NCBI GenBank assembly: GCA_937948985.1
Contig: CALFAK010000070.1
Coordinates: 1 to 16,674, forward strand
Direction: 5' to 3'
DNA length: 16,674 nt
Origin: an uncultured Neomegalonema sp.
GTDB lineage: Bacteria > Pseudomonadota > Alphaproteobacteria > Rhodobacterales > Rhodobacteraceae
The notes under the pieces: model-generated
The model's input: the letters and a program-made list of their open reading frames with translations, nothing else
Databases searched by the model: none
What the model was told of the DNA's origin: nothing
In this document: positions 1-7,835 of the stretch, piece after piece
Position numbering within the stretch: position 1 is the stretch's first letter
How the letters are laid out: each line of letters begins with the position of its first letter
Position numbers and translations under genes: made by a program

Positions 1-1
1 A

Positions 2-22
2 AGCCGGGCACAAGGCCCGGCT
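2..22 (-). terminator. Terminator hairpin downstream of paralog A, cut by the window edge
   Basis: Perfect 8-bp stem AGCCGGGC / GCCCGGCT with a 5-nt loop, immediately downstream of the minus-strand gene's stop at 83-85. The same stem sequence forms the terminator of paralog B at 8622-8642. Any U-tract would lie beyond position 1, so it cannot be seen. Confidence 0.35.
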
Positions 23-82
23 ACGCCGTTTGTCATCAGCTGTAAGACAGAAGCCTTACATGATCAGCAGGCTTGATGCGGA

Positions 83-826
83 TTAGCCTTTGCGGCGGAA
101 ACCCATGCCCGCGAGACCCATCAGGATCAGGGCAAGACCACCCGGTGCCGGAACAGAACCTTCAGCGCCCGTAGCGGCAGCAAACTGTGTCGGGTTACAA
201 CGGAAGTTGGTGGATACATCGCAGTTGGGGGAATTGTTGATGCTGCCAGCCGGGGTGTTCGCCTCATCAAGGAACGATGCATCGCTGAACGCATAATCGA
301 GGATCGAACCGTCAGCGCCATAAGAGAAGTTACTGTTCTCAGATTTGTGGAACCAGATGCCGCCCTGCTCAGCCGTTTGAACGCCATCCCATTCAGGCGC
401 GTCGAATGCCGCGTTAATTTCCGCAACGTCGATTGAGAACATTGTCAAAGGCAGGCCATTACGGTCACCGGCGTCTGTGAACGCATTCTCGAATGTGCCG
501 AGCAGTTGTCCGTTTTGGAAGCTGTTTGCGTTGTTCTCGCCGTCGTAGGTGTATGCTGTGATGCGGTTCGTGTTACGATCACCGTAGAGGACCGCATATT
601 CGTTGGCGTTGTTCTTTGGGTTCTCACCATCTGAAACGACCAGCCAGAAACCATCGTTGCTGCCATCGTCAGTATATTTGAATGTGAAGACTTCGTTGGT
701 GCTGTCGTAGTTCTGCCAAACGCCGGCAGCATGATAATCGGTTTGGAAAACGGTGGCCTGTGCGACGGACGCTGTCATCATGGTTGCAGCGAAAGCGGTG
801 ATAGCGGCGAAAGATTTGTTCATCAT
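83..826 (-). CDS. Secreted protein with VPLPA/PEP-CTERM-type C-terminal sorting signal (paralog A), 247 aa
   Basis: Complete ORF with ATGATG start and TAA stop. N-terminal signal peptide MMNKSFAAITAFAATMMTASVAQA with an AQA-type signal peptidase I site. C-terminus ...GSVPAPGGLALILMGLAGMGFRRKG has a V-P-x-P motif, a hydrophobic helix and an RRK tail, as in the VPLPA-CTERM/PEP-CTERM family. A two-Cys motif NCDVSTNFRC is present. About 80% aa identity to the ORF at 7836-8597. Confidence 0.8.
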   Translation of the reverse strand: MMNKSFAAITAFAATMMTASVAQATVFQTDYHAAGVWQNYDSTNEVFTFKYTDDGSNDGFWLVVSDGENPKNNANEYAVLYGDRNTNRITAYTYDGENNANSFQNGQLLGTFENAFTDAGDRNGLPLTMFSIDVAEINAAFDAPEWDGVQTAEQGGIWFHKSENSNFSYGADGSILDYAFSDASFLDEANTPAGSINNSPNCDVSTNFRCNPTQFAAATGAEGSVPAPGGLALILMGLAGMGFRRKG

Positions 827-900
827 AGTGTTAGCTCCAAGCTGTGTTTCGTTTCGTTGGGATACGAGAACATGAGCAACCCTTGGGCCAACTTCTGTGA

Positions 901-929
901 AATCTATTTTTCCTTTTTATTTTCAACAA
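901..929 (-). promoter_or_regulatory. Putative sigma70 promoter for paralog A
   Basis: On the minus strand: TTGTTG (-35, plus-strand 924-929), 17-nt spacer, TAGATT (-10, plus-strand 901-906). This predicts a ~65-nt leader. The region is AT-rich. No experimental support. Confidence 0.3.
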
Positions 930-1032
930 TCTATGAATTTTTCCAGCAAAGCGCCGCATCAATGAGGCACGTGCCAACACGCCGAATTTGATTGATATGG
1001 CACATATTGCTGGCCGCAATGGCACAGGTGTT

Positions 1033-2904
1033 TCATTCTGCCTTCTCCACAGCGTCCATTGCCTTGAGCCACATGTCCTCGGCGCGTTGATAGCCGTCCA
1101 CGACCTCGGCCCGCTTGATGCCCAGACGCTCCAGTTCAACAGATGATACGTTTTCATAGAGCGCCGCATCGCTGAGCTTTTCGTCGATTTTGTCGAGCAT
1201 CTTTTGCAGCATGGCGACCCGCGCTTCGCATTTGGCCGCGTCTGATCGCAAGTTTGAGAGTGACTTCTTCGGTGCGGAGGGCGTTTTTTTCGCAGCCTTG
1301 GGTTTGGGCGCTTCTTTGGGCTTTACCGGGCCGGGAGCGCCGCCGCGTTGGGAGAGAAGGAACGTCTTATAGTCGTTCATATCCCCGTCATAAGGCTTCA
1401 CACGGCCATCATGGACCAACCAGAAGCGGTCGGCGACCATTTCGACAAGGTGGGCGTCGTGGCTGACGAGGATAACCGCGCCGCCGTAATCGTTGAGGGC
1501 ATGTATCAGCGCCTCGCGGCTTTCGATATCGAGGTGGTTGGTCGGCTCATCGAGGATCAGAAGGTGCGGGGCTTCGAGGGTGGTGAGCATCATCAGCAAA
1601 CGCGCGCGCTGTCCGCCGGAGAGCTTTTTCGCCGTCACATCCGCCGTATCGACGCCGAAACCAGCCGCACCAAGGCGGGCGCGGTGTTTGGAGGGGGTCT
1701 CGAACGGAAACTCGCGGGCGATGTGCTGGAGCGGGGTTTCGTCCTCTTGCAATTCGTCGAGCTGGTGCTGGGCGAAATAGCCGATCTTGATCTTTTTTGT
1801 GCGAAATTCCGTACCATCCGCAAGCTGCATCCTTCCGGCGAGCAGTTTGGAGAGGGTGGATTTGCCTTGTCCGTTCGCGCCGAGCAAGGCGATGCGGTCG
1901 TCCTGGTCGAGGCGGAAGTTCAGCTTTGAGAGGATTGCCGGGCCGCCGTAGTTAAGCTCGCCATTCTCGACGGTGATCATTGGCGGGGGCAGTTCTTCGG
2001 GCGTGCGGAAGCGGAATTCGGCGACGGCGTTCTCGGTGATGGCCGCGATGGGCTTCATCTTTTCGAGCATTTTCAGGCGGGACTGGGCTTGGCGGGCTTT
2101 ACTGGCCTTGGCGCGGAAACGCTCAACAAAGCTCTGAATATGTTCGCGCTGGGCGTCTTGCTTGCGCTTGGATGCCATTTGCTGCTCAAGCCGCGCTTGG
2201 CGCATGGCATCGAAGGCGTCGTAGCCGCCTTTGTAGTATGTCAGCGTGCCGTCCATCAGGTGCAGGATGCCTTTGACAGAGCGGTTGAGCAGGCCGCGAT
2301 CGTGCGAGATAATCAGGCAGGTATGCGGGTATTTGGCGAGAAAGTTCTCCAGCCAGATCGTGCCCTCAAGGTCGAGATAGTTGGTCGGCTCATCAAGCAA
2401 AAGCAGGTCGGGGGCCGAGAAGAGGACCGCCGCGAGCGCGACGCGCATCCGCCAACCGCCCGAAAATTCCGAACAGGCGCGGGCTTGCTCGACGGCGTCA
2501 AAGCCGAGGCCTTGCAGGATGGAGGCGGCGCGGGCCTCTGCGGAATGGGCGTCGATATCGACGAGGCGGGTCTGGATATCCGCGATCTCGGTGGGGTCGG
2601 TGGCGGTGTCGGCGCGGCGCATGAGTTCGGCGCGCTCGGTATCAGCCTCCAGCACGGTTTCCAGCAGCGTCATGGCGCTGGCGGGAGCCTCTTGTGCAAC
2701 GCCGCCGATGCGGGCGTTTTTGGGAATGTCGATGTCACCCGCATCCAGCGCCAACTCGCCCCGGATCAGCTTGAACAACGTGGTCTTGCCACAGCCGTTG
2801 CGCCCGACAACACCCACCGTTGTGCGCGGAGGAATCGAGGCGGTCGCTTCGGTGAAGAGCGGTTTGCCCTCGATGGAATAGTTGAGATTTCGGATTGTAA
2901 TCAT
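1033..2904 (-). CDS. uup: ABC-F family ATPase, Uup-like (two ABC domains, C-terminal coiled-coil/Lys-Pro-rich tail)
   Basis: Two nucleotide-binding domains: Walker A GRNGCGKTT and GANGQGKST; signatures LSGGWRMRV and LSGGQRARL; Walker B LLLLDEPTN and LLILDEPTN. An inter-domain linker and the C-terminal KPKEAPKPKAAKK plus coiled-coil are typical of Uup. The ORF is open to 2922 (MRMRGRM...), but the ATG at 2904 (MITIRNL) is the only one preceded by an SD (GAGAGG). Confidence 0.9.
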   Translation of the reverse strand: MITIRNLNYSIEGKPLFTEATASIPPRTTVGVVGRNGCGKTTLFKLIRGELALDAGDIDIPKNARIGGVAQEAPASAMTLLETVLEADTERAELMRRADTATDPTEIADIQTRLVDIDAHSAEARAASILQGLGFDAVEQARACSEFSGGWRMRVALAAVLFSAPDLLLLDEPTNYLDLEGTIWLENFLAKYPHTCLIISHDRGLLNRSVKGILHLMDGTLTYYKGGYDAFDAMRQARLEQQMASKRKQDAQREHIQSFVERFRAKASKARQAQSRLKMLEKMKPIAAITENAVAEFRFRTPEELPPPMITVENGELNYGGPAILSKLNFRLDQDDRIALLGANGQGKSTLSKLLAGRMQLADGTEFRTKKIKIGYFAQHQLDELQEDETPLQHIAREFPFETPSKHRARLGAAGFGVDTADVTAKKLSGGQRARLLMMLTTLEAPHLLILDEPTNHLDIESREALIHALNDYGGAVILVSHDAHLVEMVADRFWLVHDGRVKPYDGDMNDYKTFLLSQRGGAPGPVKPKEAPKPKAAKKTPSAPKKSLSNLRSDAAKCEARVAMLQKMLDKIDEKLSDAALYENVSSVELERLGIKRAEVVDGYQRAEDMWLKAMDAVEKAE

Positions 2905-2992
2905 GCGGCCTCTCATACGCATAACTGACGCGCGGGAAAAGAGCCGTTTCGCCGCTTTCGCGGATCAAGGGGTCGAATTTTCAGCAGCGGTT

Positions 2993-3020
2993 TTGTCAGA
3001 TGCGCGATTATCGTCATAAT
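2993..3020 (+). promoter_or_regulatory. Putative sigma70 promoter for the Rieske oxygenase gene
   Basis: TTGTCA (2993-2998), 16-nt spacer, CATAAT (3015-3020). The -10 overlaps the first in-frame ATG (3019), which argues for the start at 3055. Confidence 0.35.
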
Positions 3021-3054
3021 GGGGAAAATGCCCGTTTTGCCGAAGGACGCGATC

Positions 3055-4206
3055 ATGACCGTATTTGACAAGGACATGCTTAACGCCGTTGCACAGCCGA
3101 TTGAGCGTGCGCGGGGGCTTGAGAACAGATTTTATACCGATCCTGAGACCTTTGACGAAGAGAAAAAGGCGGTGTTCGCGGCGACTTGGGCCGGTCTGGC
3201 ATTTGCGAAGGACGTACCCGAAGCGGGCGATGCGATGCCGATTACGTATTGCGGGACGCCGCTGATCGTGGTGCGGGGCAAGGATGATGTGGTGCGGGTC
3301 TTCCTCAATGCCTGTCGCCATCGCGGCATGATCCTGCTGGAGGAAAAACGTAAAATCGAGGGGGCGCTGCGCTGTCCGTACCACTCGTGGTGCTATGACC
3401 TGAAGGGCAAGCTGAAGGCCACGCCGCATGTGGGCGGTCCCGGCCGGAACGCGCATCCCGGAGTGGACCGCGATTCGCTGGGCCTGATCGAAGTGCGCAG
3501 CCGGGTCTGGCGCGATGTGATCTTCGTCAATCTGGACGGCAACGCGCCGGAATTCGATGACTATGCGGGCGCATTGTTGGAGCGTTGGAAAGAGTTTGAG
3601 AAGCCGATCTATCACGGCGGTGCGGATTCTTCGTTCAAGCTGCACGTGAATACCAACTGGAAACTGGCCGTTGAGAATTACTGCGAGGCCTATCACCTGC
3701 CTTGGGTGCATCCGGGGCTGAACGCCTATTCCCGGCTGGAGGACCATTACGATATTGTCGAGCCGAAGCACTTCGCGGGTCAGGGGACGGTGGTCTACAA
3801 CCCCGATCTGAGCGATGACGGGCGGGCATTTGCGAACTTCGACGGGCTGTCAGAAAAGTGGGATACGGGCGCTGAATACGTGTCGTTTTTCCCTAACGTC
3901 CTGTTCGGTGTTCACCGCGATCATGCGTTTGCGATCCTGCTGGAAGCGGTCGCACCGGATAAGACGGTCGAGCATATCGAACTGTATTATGCGACCGAGG
4001 AAATGACCGATGAGGGTTATGCCGATCTGCGGGCGAAAAACGCGGCGCTTTGGAAGGAAATTTTCAAAGAAGACATTGGCGTGGTCGAGGGGATGCAAAA
4101 GGGGCGTCAGGGCAATTTATTTGATGGCGGAAAGTTTTCTCCGGCAATGGATGAGCCGACGCATTGCTTCCACGATTGGGTCGCGCGGCGGTTTGGCGCG
4201 GAGTAG
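3055..4206 (+). CDS. Rieske [2Fe-2S] non-heme-iron oxygenase, alpha (catalytic) subunit-like
   Basis: Rieske motif CRHRG...(17 aa)...CPYHSW (C-x-H...C-x-x-H). Mononuclear-iron motif NWKLAVENYCEAYHLPWVHP (E/D-x3-E-x2-YH-x4-H), typical of ring-hydroxylating/GbcA-type oxygenases. ATG 3055 has AAGGA 9 nt upstream. The ORF track extends it to 3019, which lacks an SD. Confidence 0.85.
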   Translation: MTVFDKDMLNAVAQPIERARGLENRFYTDPETFDEEKKAVFAATWAGLAFAKDVPEAGDAMPITYCGTPLIVVRGKDDVVRVFLNACRHRGMILLEEKRKIEGALRCPYHSWCYDLKGKLKATPHVGGPGRNAHPGVDRDSLGLIEVRSRVWRDVIFVNLDGNAPEFDDYAGALLERWKEFEKPIYHGGADSSFKLHVNTNWKLAVENYCEAYHLPWVHPGLNAYSRLEDHYDIVEPKHFAGQGTVVYNPDLSDDGRAFANFDGLSEKWDTGAEYVSFFPNVLFGVHRDHAFAILLEAVAPDKTVEHIELYYATEEMTDEGYADLRAKNAALWKEIFKEDIGVVEGMQKGRQGNLFDGGKFSPAMDEPTHCFHDWVARRFGAE

Positions 4207-4270
4207 CATTACTCCGGCAACGGCTTGGCACGGCATTGACACCAAAATGAGATAGTTGTGTGCGTAGCGC

Positions 4271-4300
4271 TTGACATTTGTTCTTTTTTAGTTCTTATTA
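4271..4300 (+). promoter_or_regulatory. Near-consensus sigma70 promoter in an AT-rich islet upstream of the hypothetical ORF
   Basis: Perfect -35 TTGACA (4271-4276), 18-nt T-rich spacer, TTATTA -10 (4295-4300). It is followed by a strong RBS AAGAGGAA (4316-4323) 5 nt before the ATG at 4329. Local GC (~40%) is far below the window average. Confidence 0.4.
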
Positions 4301-4328
4301 CTCTCGTTGTTTGAAGCAAGAGGAATGA

Positions 4329-4991
4329 ATGGACTGGAACCTCGCCATAGACCGCCATCGGGAGGCGCTGCTTCGGATGCTTGCCGCGCTGTTCGTAATG
4401 GCGGGCGGCGGTGTTGTTGCGGTGATGCCCCGGCATGTGCGGACCGAGATTTGGTGGGTGCTCAGACCTGCCGAGTCGGCAACGCGGCGGCTGATTGTGG
4501 TCGTCCTTGAGCATTTGCAGCTTCATTCAGCGGCCAAGCGCGTGGCGCGGGGGCTGCCTGAACGGGTTGGCGGCAAAAAAGGGGAGAAGGTTCCGTCCTT
4601 CGCATTGTTCGATCCGCGAAAGCGTTTTTATATCAACAATATACGTCCTGCACGGCGGGGGAATCCGCGCCTCTGGTCGCCGGGTATGGACTATCCGGTT
4701 TTTGTGACAAAAACCGCCCCCGAACCCGATGATGCGGTCAGCGCGGCGCGGCTGTTCCGCCGGATGCAAGCGCTGCAAGCGGCCTTGGCTGACCTGCCCA
4801 AACAAGCGCGCAGACTGGCGCGGTGGCAGGCTAAACGTGAGCAAACGCGCGCGAAATCCGGCAAATACATCGCGCCAATGCGGCCCGGAAAGCCCCCCGG
4901 CCACAGAGCGCGGCAGCGGCATTTGGTGGATTTTACCCTCAGCCATTGCCACGAACTGGCCCTATACGCGCTGAATCCGCCGGATACGTGA
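4329..4991 (+). CDS. Hypothetical protein, 220 aa, very Arg-rich/basic, one N-terminal hydrophobic segment
   Basis: ORF with a strong SD and promoter (see the feature at 4271-4300). The protein MDWNLAIDRHREALLRMLAALFVMAGGGVVAVM... has no motif I recognise. Codon usage resembles neighbouring genes. Opposite-strand ORFs here have no start signals. Confidence 0.5.
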   Translation: MDWNLAIDRHREALLRMLAALFVMAGGGVVAVMPRHVRTEIWWVLRPAESATRRLIVVVLEHLQLHSAAKRVARGLPERVGGKKGEKVPSFALFDPRKRFYINNIRPARRGNPRLWSPGMDYPVFVTKTAPEPDDAVSAARLFRRMQALQAALADLPKQARRLARWQAKREQTRAKSGKYIAPMRPGKPPGHRARQRHLVDFTLSHCHELALYALNPPDT

Positions 4992-5233
4992 CGGTTTCTG
5001 CGGCCATCAACAGCTTGCCCCCCTTCTGATCGTACTGACAGGGGCCGTTTTCCTGCGCATTGTGCAAATATACGGTTTTCGGTAGCGCTGCGCCCGTGTC
5101 TTGCTTAAAGTCGCGTGAGATCAAGTTTGTCAGAATTCCCGTCGAGAGTTTGCGTGAATTTTGATGCTTTATGGCTTAACCGGATCGCGGGTGACTTTAA
5201 GATTGCATCCCGCGCAATGAGGACCGGACGGAA

Positions 5234-5617
5234 ATGGGTATCTTAAGCAGCGTTTTTACGTGGTGGAATGGCTCAACCATTGGCACGCGGCTCTACACAT
5301 CGCGCAATGGCAAGCGCGTCGGCGAAGATAGTTTTGGCAATGTCTATTACCAAAATGCCGACGGCAAACGCCGCTGGGTGATCTATAGTGGCGAGAATAA
5401 CGCGTCGAATGTGCCATCGGATTGGCACGGCTGGCTGCATCACACATTCGCGGATTCGCCCGTTGATGTGCCTCTGCAACGCTGGGCTTGGGAAAAAGAT
5501 CACAAGCCCAACATGACCGGCACTGATGAAGCCTATCACCCTCCCGGATCGCTGCTGTCGCTGGGTGATGCGCCCAAATCCGCCAAGCCCGCCTATACGC
5601 CTTGGGTTCCTGAATAA
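5234..5617 (+). CDS. NADH:ubiquinone oxidoreductase 17.2-kDa subunit homolog (NDUFA12 family)
   Basis: 127 aa. Family hallmarks WWNGSTIGTRLYT, GEDSFGNVYY and WHGWLHH. This is a typical alphaproteobacterial NDUFA12-like protein. Confidence 0.85.
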   Translation: MGILSSVFTWWNGSTIGTRLYTSRNGKRVGEDSFGNVYYQNADGKRRWVIYSGENNASNVPSDWHGWLHHTFADSPVDVPLQRWAWEKDHKPNMTGTDEAYHPPGSLLSLGDAPKSAKPAYTPWVPE

Positions 5618-5642
5618 CGCTGTCCATACGCGGAGATAACGC

Positions 5643-6083
5643 ATGGCAAACAACACGATGGAAACGCTGATCGGAGCCGCTGTGCTGTGCATCGCGGGGG
5701 GATTTCTGGTCTATGCCGGTCAGAACGCTGATTTCGGTGGCGGCGGGAATTACGAGCTGAACGCGAAATTTTTCAAAGCGGACGGCATCGGAACGGGCGG
5801 TGATGTGCGGGTTTCAGGGGTCAAAGTCGGCACAGTCAGCGGCGTGACACTCGACCCGGAAACGTTTCAGGCGAATATCGTCATCGCGATGCGCGACGGC
5901 GTGAAACTGCCCAGCGATTCTTCCGCGCGAATCTCCAGCGACGGGCTGCTGGGCGGCTCCTATGTATCCATCGAGCCGGGTGGTTCGGAATACTTCCTCG
6001 AAGCGGGCGAAGATATCGAGCATACCCAAGGTTCCGTCAGCCTGCTGGACCTGATCGGTAAGGCCGTCGCCGGAACGAACTGA
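5643..6083 (+). CDS. mlaD: MCE-domain protein, MlaD-like (outer-membrane lipid asymmetry maintenance)
   Basis: N-terminal TM helix (ETLIGAAVLCIAGGFLVYAG) followed by an MCE domain (VRVSGVKVGTVSGVTL...ARISSDGLLGGSYVSIEPG). SD GGAGA 7 nt upstream. Conserved neighbour of NDUFA12-like genes in alphaproteobacteria. Confidence 0.75.
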   Translation: MANNTMETLIGAAVLCIAGGFLVYAGQNADFGGGGNYELNAKFFKADGIGTGGDVRVSGVKVGTVSGVTLDPETFQANIVIAMRDGVKLPSDSSARISSDGLLGGSYVSIEPGGSEYFLEAGEDIEHTQGSVSLLDLIGKAVAGTN

Positions 6084-6838
6084 TGGAAAAGCCTGATCAT
6101 TGGTCCGCTGACCGATACGAAACGAACGCGCGGTTTGTGTCCGATCTTGGCGCGGGCGTTTTTGACTGGCTTGCCCCCAAAGCAGGTGAGCGAATCCTTG
6201 ATCTCGGCTGTGGCGACGGTGCGCTGACCGAAAAGCTGATCGCGGCGGGTGCCGAAGTGGTCGGCACGGATTTCAGCGCGGATATGATCGCCGGGGCTAA
6301 ATCGCGCGGCATAGACGCTCATTTGATGGACGGCCATGCACTGAATTTTGATAACGAATTCAACGCCGTTTTCTCTAACGCGGCACTGCATTGGATGACG
6401 CGGCCCGATGATGTGATCAACGGTGTCGCGCGCGCGCTGAAACCCGGTGGCCGCTTCGTTGCCGAGTTTGGCGGCCACGGCAATGTCGCTGCGATACGGA
6501 TCGCACTAGCGGGCATCATTGAGCGGCGTTTCGACATCGTCGATGCGCCCGGCAATATCTGGTATTTCCCAAGCTGCGCCGAACATCGCCGACGATTGGA
6601 GCGCGCCGGATTTGCCGTGGACCGCATCGCGCTGGTCCCGCGCCCCACGCCGATCCCAAGCGATATGGCGGGATGGCTGGAAACTTTGGCGGCTCCCGTT
6701 TTGGGCATTGTGCCGGAGGCTTCGCGGGCATCGGTTCGGGATGAGGCCGCAGCGTTGCTGCGCCCGGCCTTGTGCGATTCCGATGGCAACTGGACCGCCG
6801 ATTACATCCGCATCCGGTTTGAGGCGCATCTGGTATGA
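6083..6838 (+). CDS. Class I SAM-dependent methyltransferase (Tam/UbiE-like)
   Basis: Motif I ILDLGCGDG, motif post-I VVGTDFS, FDAVFSNAALHW and LKPGG. The start ATG overlaps the upstream stop (TGATG at 6081-6085). Confidence 0.85.
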   Translation: MEKPDHWSADRYETNARFVSDLGAGVFDWLAPKAGERILDLGCGDGALTEKLIAAGAEVVGTDFSADMIAGAKSRGIDAHLMDGHALNFDNEFNAVFSNAALHWMTRPDDVINGVARALKPGGRFVAEFGGHGNVAAIRIALAGIIERRFDIVDAPGNIWYFPSCAEHRRRLERAGFAVDRIALVPRPTPIPSDMAGWLETLAAPVLGIVPEASRASVRDEAAALLRPALCDSDGNWTADYIRIRFEAHLV

Positions 6839-7518
6839 TCAAGGCTTGTGTGTTTGACGCCTATGGCACGCTGTTCGATGTGGCGGCGGCGGCGCGTAGG
6901 GCGGCGGCTGAACCCGGCGGCGAGGCATTGGCAAACGTCTGGCCGAAGCTGGCCGAGACATGGCGGCTGAAGCAGCTCGAATATTCATGGCTGCGCGCGG
7001 TCGCCGATGATTATGTGCCGTTCTCGCAGGTCACGCGGGACGGGTTGGATTACGCGCTTGAGGCGCACGGCCTGTCCGATTCCGGGCTGCGCGAAACATT
7101 GCTGAATCTATATCTGCACCTCGATGCCTATCCGGAAGTGCCGCAAATGCTGGCGGACGTGAAAGCGGCGGGTTACGCGACCGCAATCCTCTCCAACGGA
7201 TCGATGGATATGTTGGGCGCAGCGGTTGAAAGTGCGGGATTGACGGATCTGCTGGATGACGTGATTTCGGTCGAGGATGTTCAAGTCTTCAAGCCAAGCG
7301 GTAAAGTCTATGCCCTTGCCGAAGCACGCATGGCAGCTTCAGGCGACGAAATCGCGTTTTTCTCGTCTAACGGCTGGGACGTAACCCACGCATCGCGCTA
7401 TGGCTTCAACGCGGTCTGGGTAAACCGCGCAAAAGCGCCCCTTGATCGTGTCGGCAAACCACCACGCGCGATTATTGACGATCTTAACGATCTCAATGCG
7501 CTTGTCGCCGCGTTTTAA
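6835..7518 (+). CDS. (S)-2-haloacid dehalogenase (HAD superfamily, type II)
   Basis: N-terminus MIKACVFDAYGTLFDV contains the nucleophile motif DxYGTLFDV of L-2-haloacid dehalogenases. The conserved K/S-N-G/W-D elements are present (ILSNGS, FKPSGKVY, FFSSNGWDV). ATGA overlaps the upstream gene's stop. Confidence 0.85.
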   Translation: MIKACVFDAYGTLFDVAAAARRAAAEPGGEALANVWPKLAETWRLKQLEYSWLRAVADDYVPFSQVTRDGLDYALEAHGLSDSGLRETLLNLYLHLDAYPEVPQMLADVKAAGYATAILSNGSMDMLGAAVESAGLTDLLDDVISVEDVQVFKPSGKVYALAEARMAASGDEIAFFSSNGWDVTHASRYGFNAVWVNRAKAPLDRVGKPPRAIIDDLNDLNALVAAF

Positions 7519-7744
7519 GCGTGTAGGTATTTGATTTATAATAAAAAGATCCGAATGACCGAGCAAACGAGCGCACACGGTGCGGGTTTACTTTCATCAG
7601 TGGATTTCCCCTTTCCAGACACCGTGCCATTCCGGCGCGCGGTATGTATCAAAATAACCAGATTTTTAGCCTTTTGATCGTATCTTGAAACCGGAACTGA
7701 TTTCGGGTTCTGAGTTATCTGACTGAAACAAAACAAAAGATCGT

Positions 7745-7750
7745 TATAAT
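7745..7750 (+). promoter_or_regulatory. Putative -10 box (TATAAT) for paralog B
   Basis: Perfect TATAAT about 85 nt upstream of the ATG. The -35 region is weak (cTGAaA). The leader downstream is homologous to paralog A's leader. Confidence 0.3.
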
Positions 7751-7835
7751 TTGTGATTGGTCGTGAGTTGGCACTGGCATTGCTTATCTGTCGGTACCCC
7801 ATCGAAACAAACATCCACAGCTTGGAGCTAGTACG

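Noticed and set aside
1348-1929. 193-aa and 279-aa plus-strand ORFs (1348-1929, 2089-2928) and other long opposite-strand ORFs (2965-3771 minus; 5960-6478 minus; 8704-10059 plus; 12207-13547 plus; 14603-15523 minus)
   Set aside because: They lie antisense to genes with unambiguous family motifs (ABC-F Walker/signature motifs, Rieske CxH/CxxH, pepA NTDAEGRL, SPFH, gyrA). They have low-complexity Arg/Ala/Pro-rich translations, typical of shadow ORFs in high-GC DNA, and no SD sequences.
3019-3054. Upstream ATG (3019) of the Rieske oxygenase ORF
   Set aside because: It has no SD and sits inside the predicted -10 element. ATG 3055 has AAGGA upstream, and the protein from 3055 begins about 35 aa before the conserved RFYTDPETF block, a typical N-terminal length for this family.
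4939-5124. 61-aa minus-strand ORF between the hypothetical gene and the NDUFA12 gene
   Set aside because: No SD. It overlaps the 3' end of the better-supported plus-strand ORF. The region contains a GCCCC…GGGGC hairpin plus TTTT at 5017-5055, more likely a terminator for the upstream gene.
7519-7640. 40-codon ORF (ATGACCGAGCAAACG…) and 7-bp inverted repeat CACGGTG/CACCGTG in the dehalogenase-paralog B intergenic region
   Set aside because: The small ORF has no SD. The inverted repeat is short with a 37-nt loop and no U-tract, so it is weak evidence for either a gene or a terminator.
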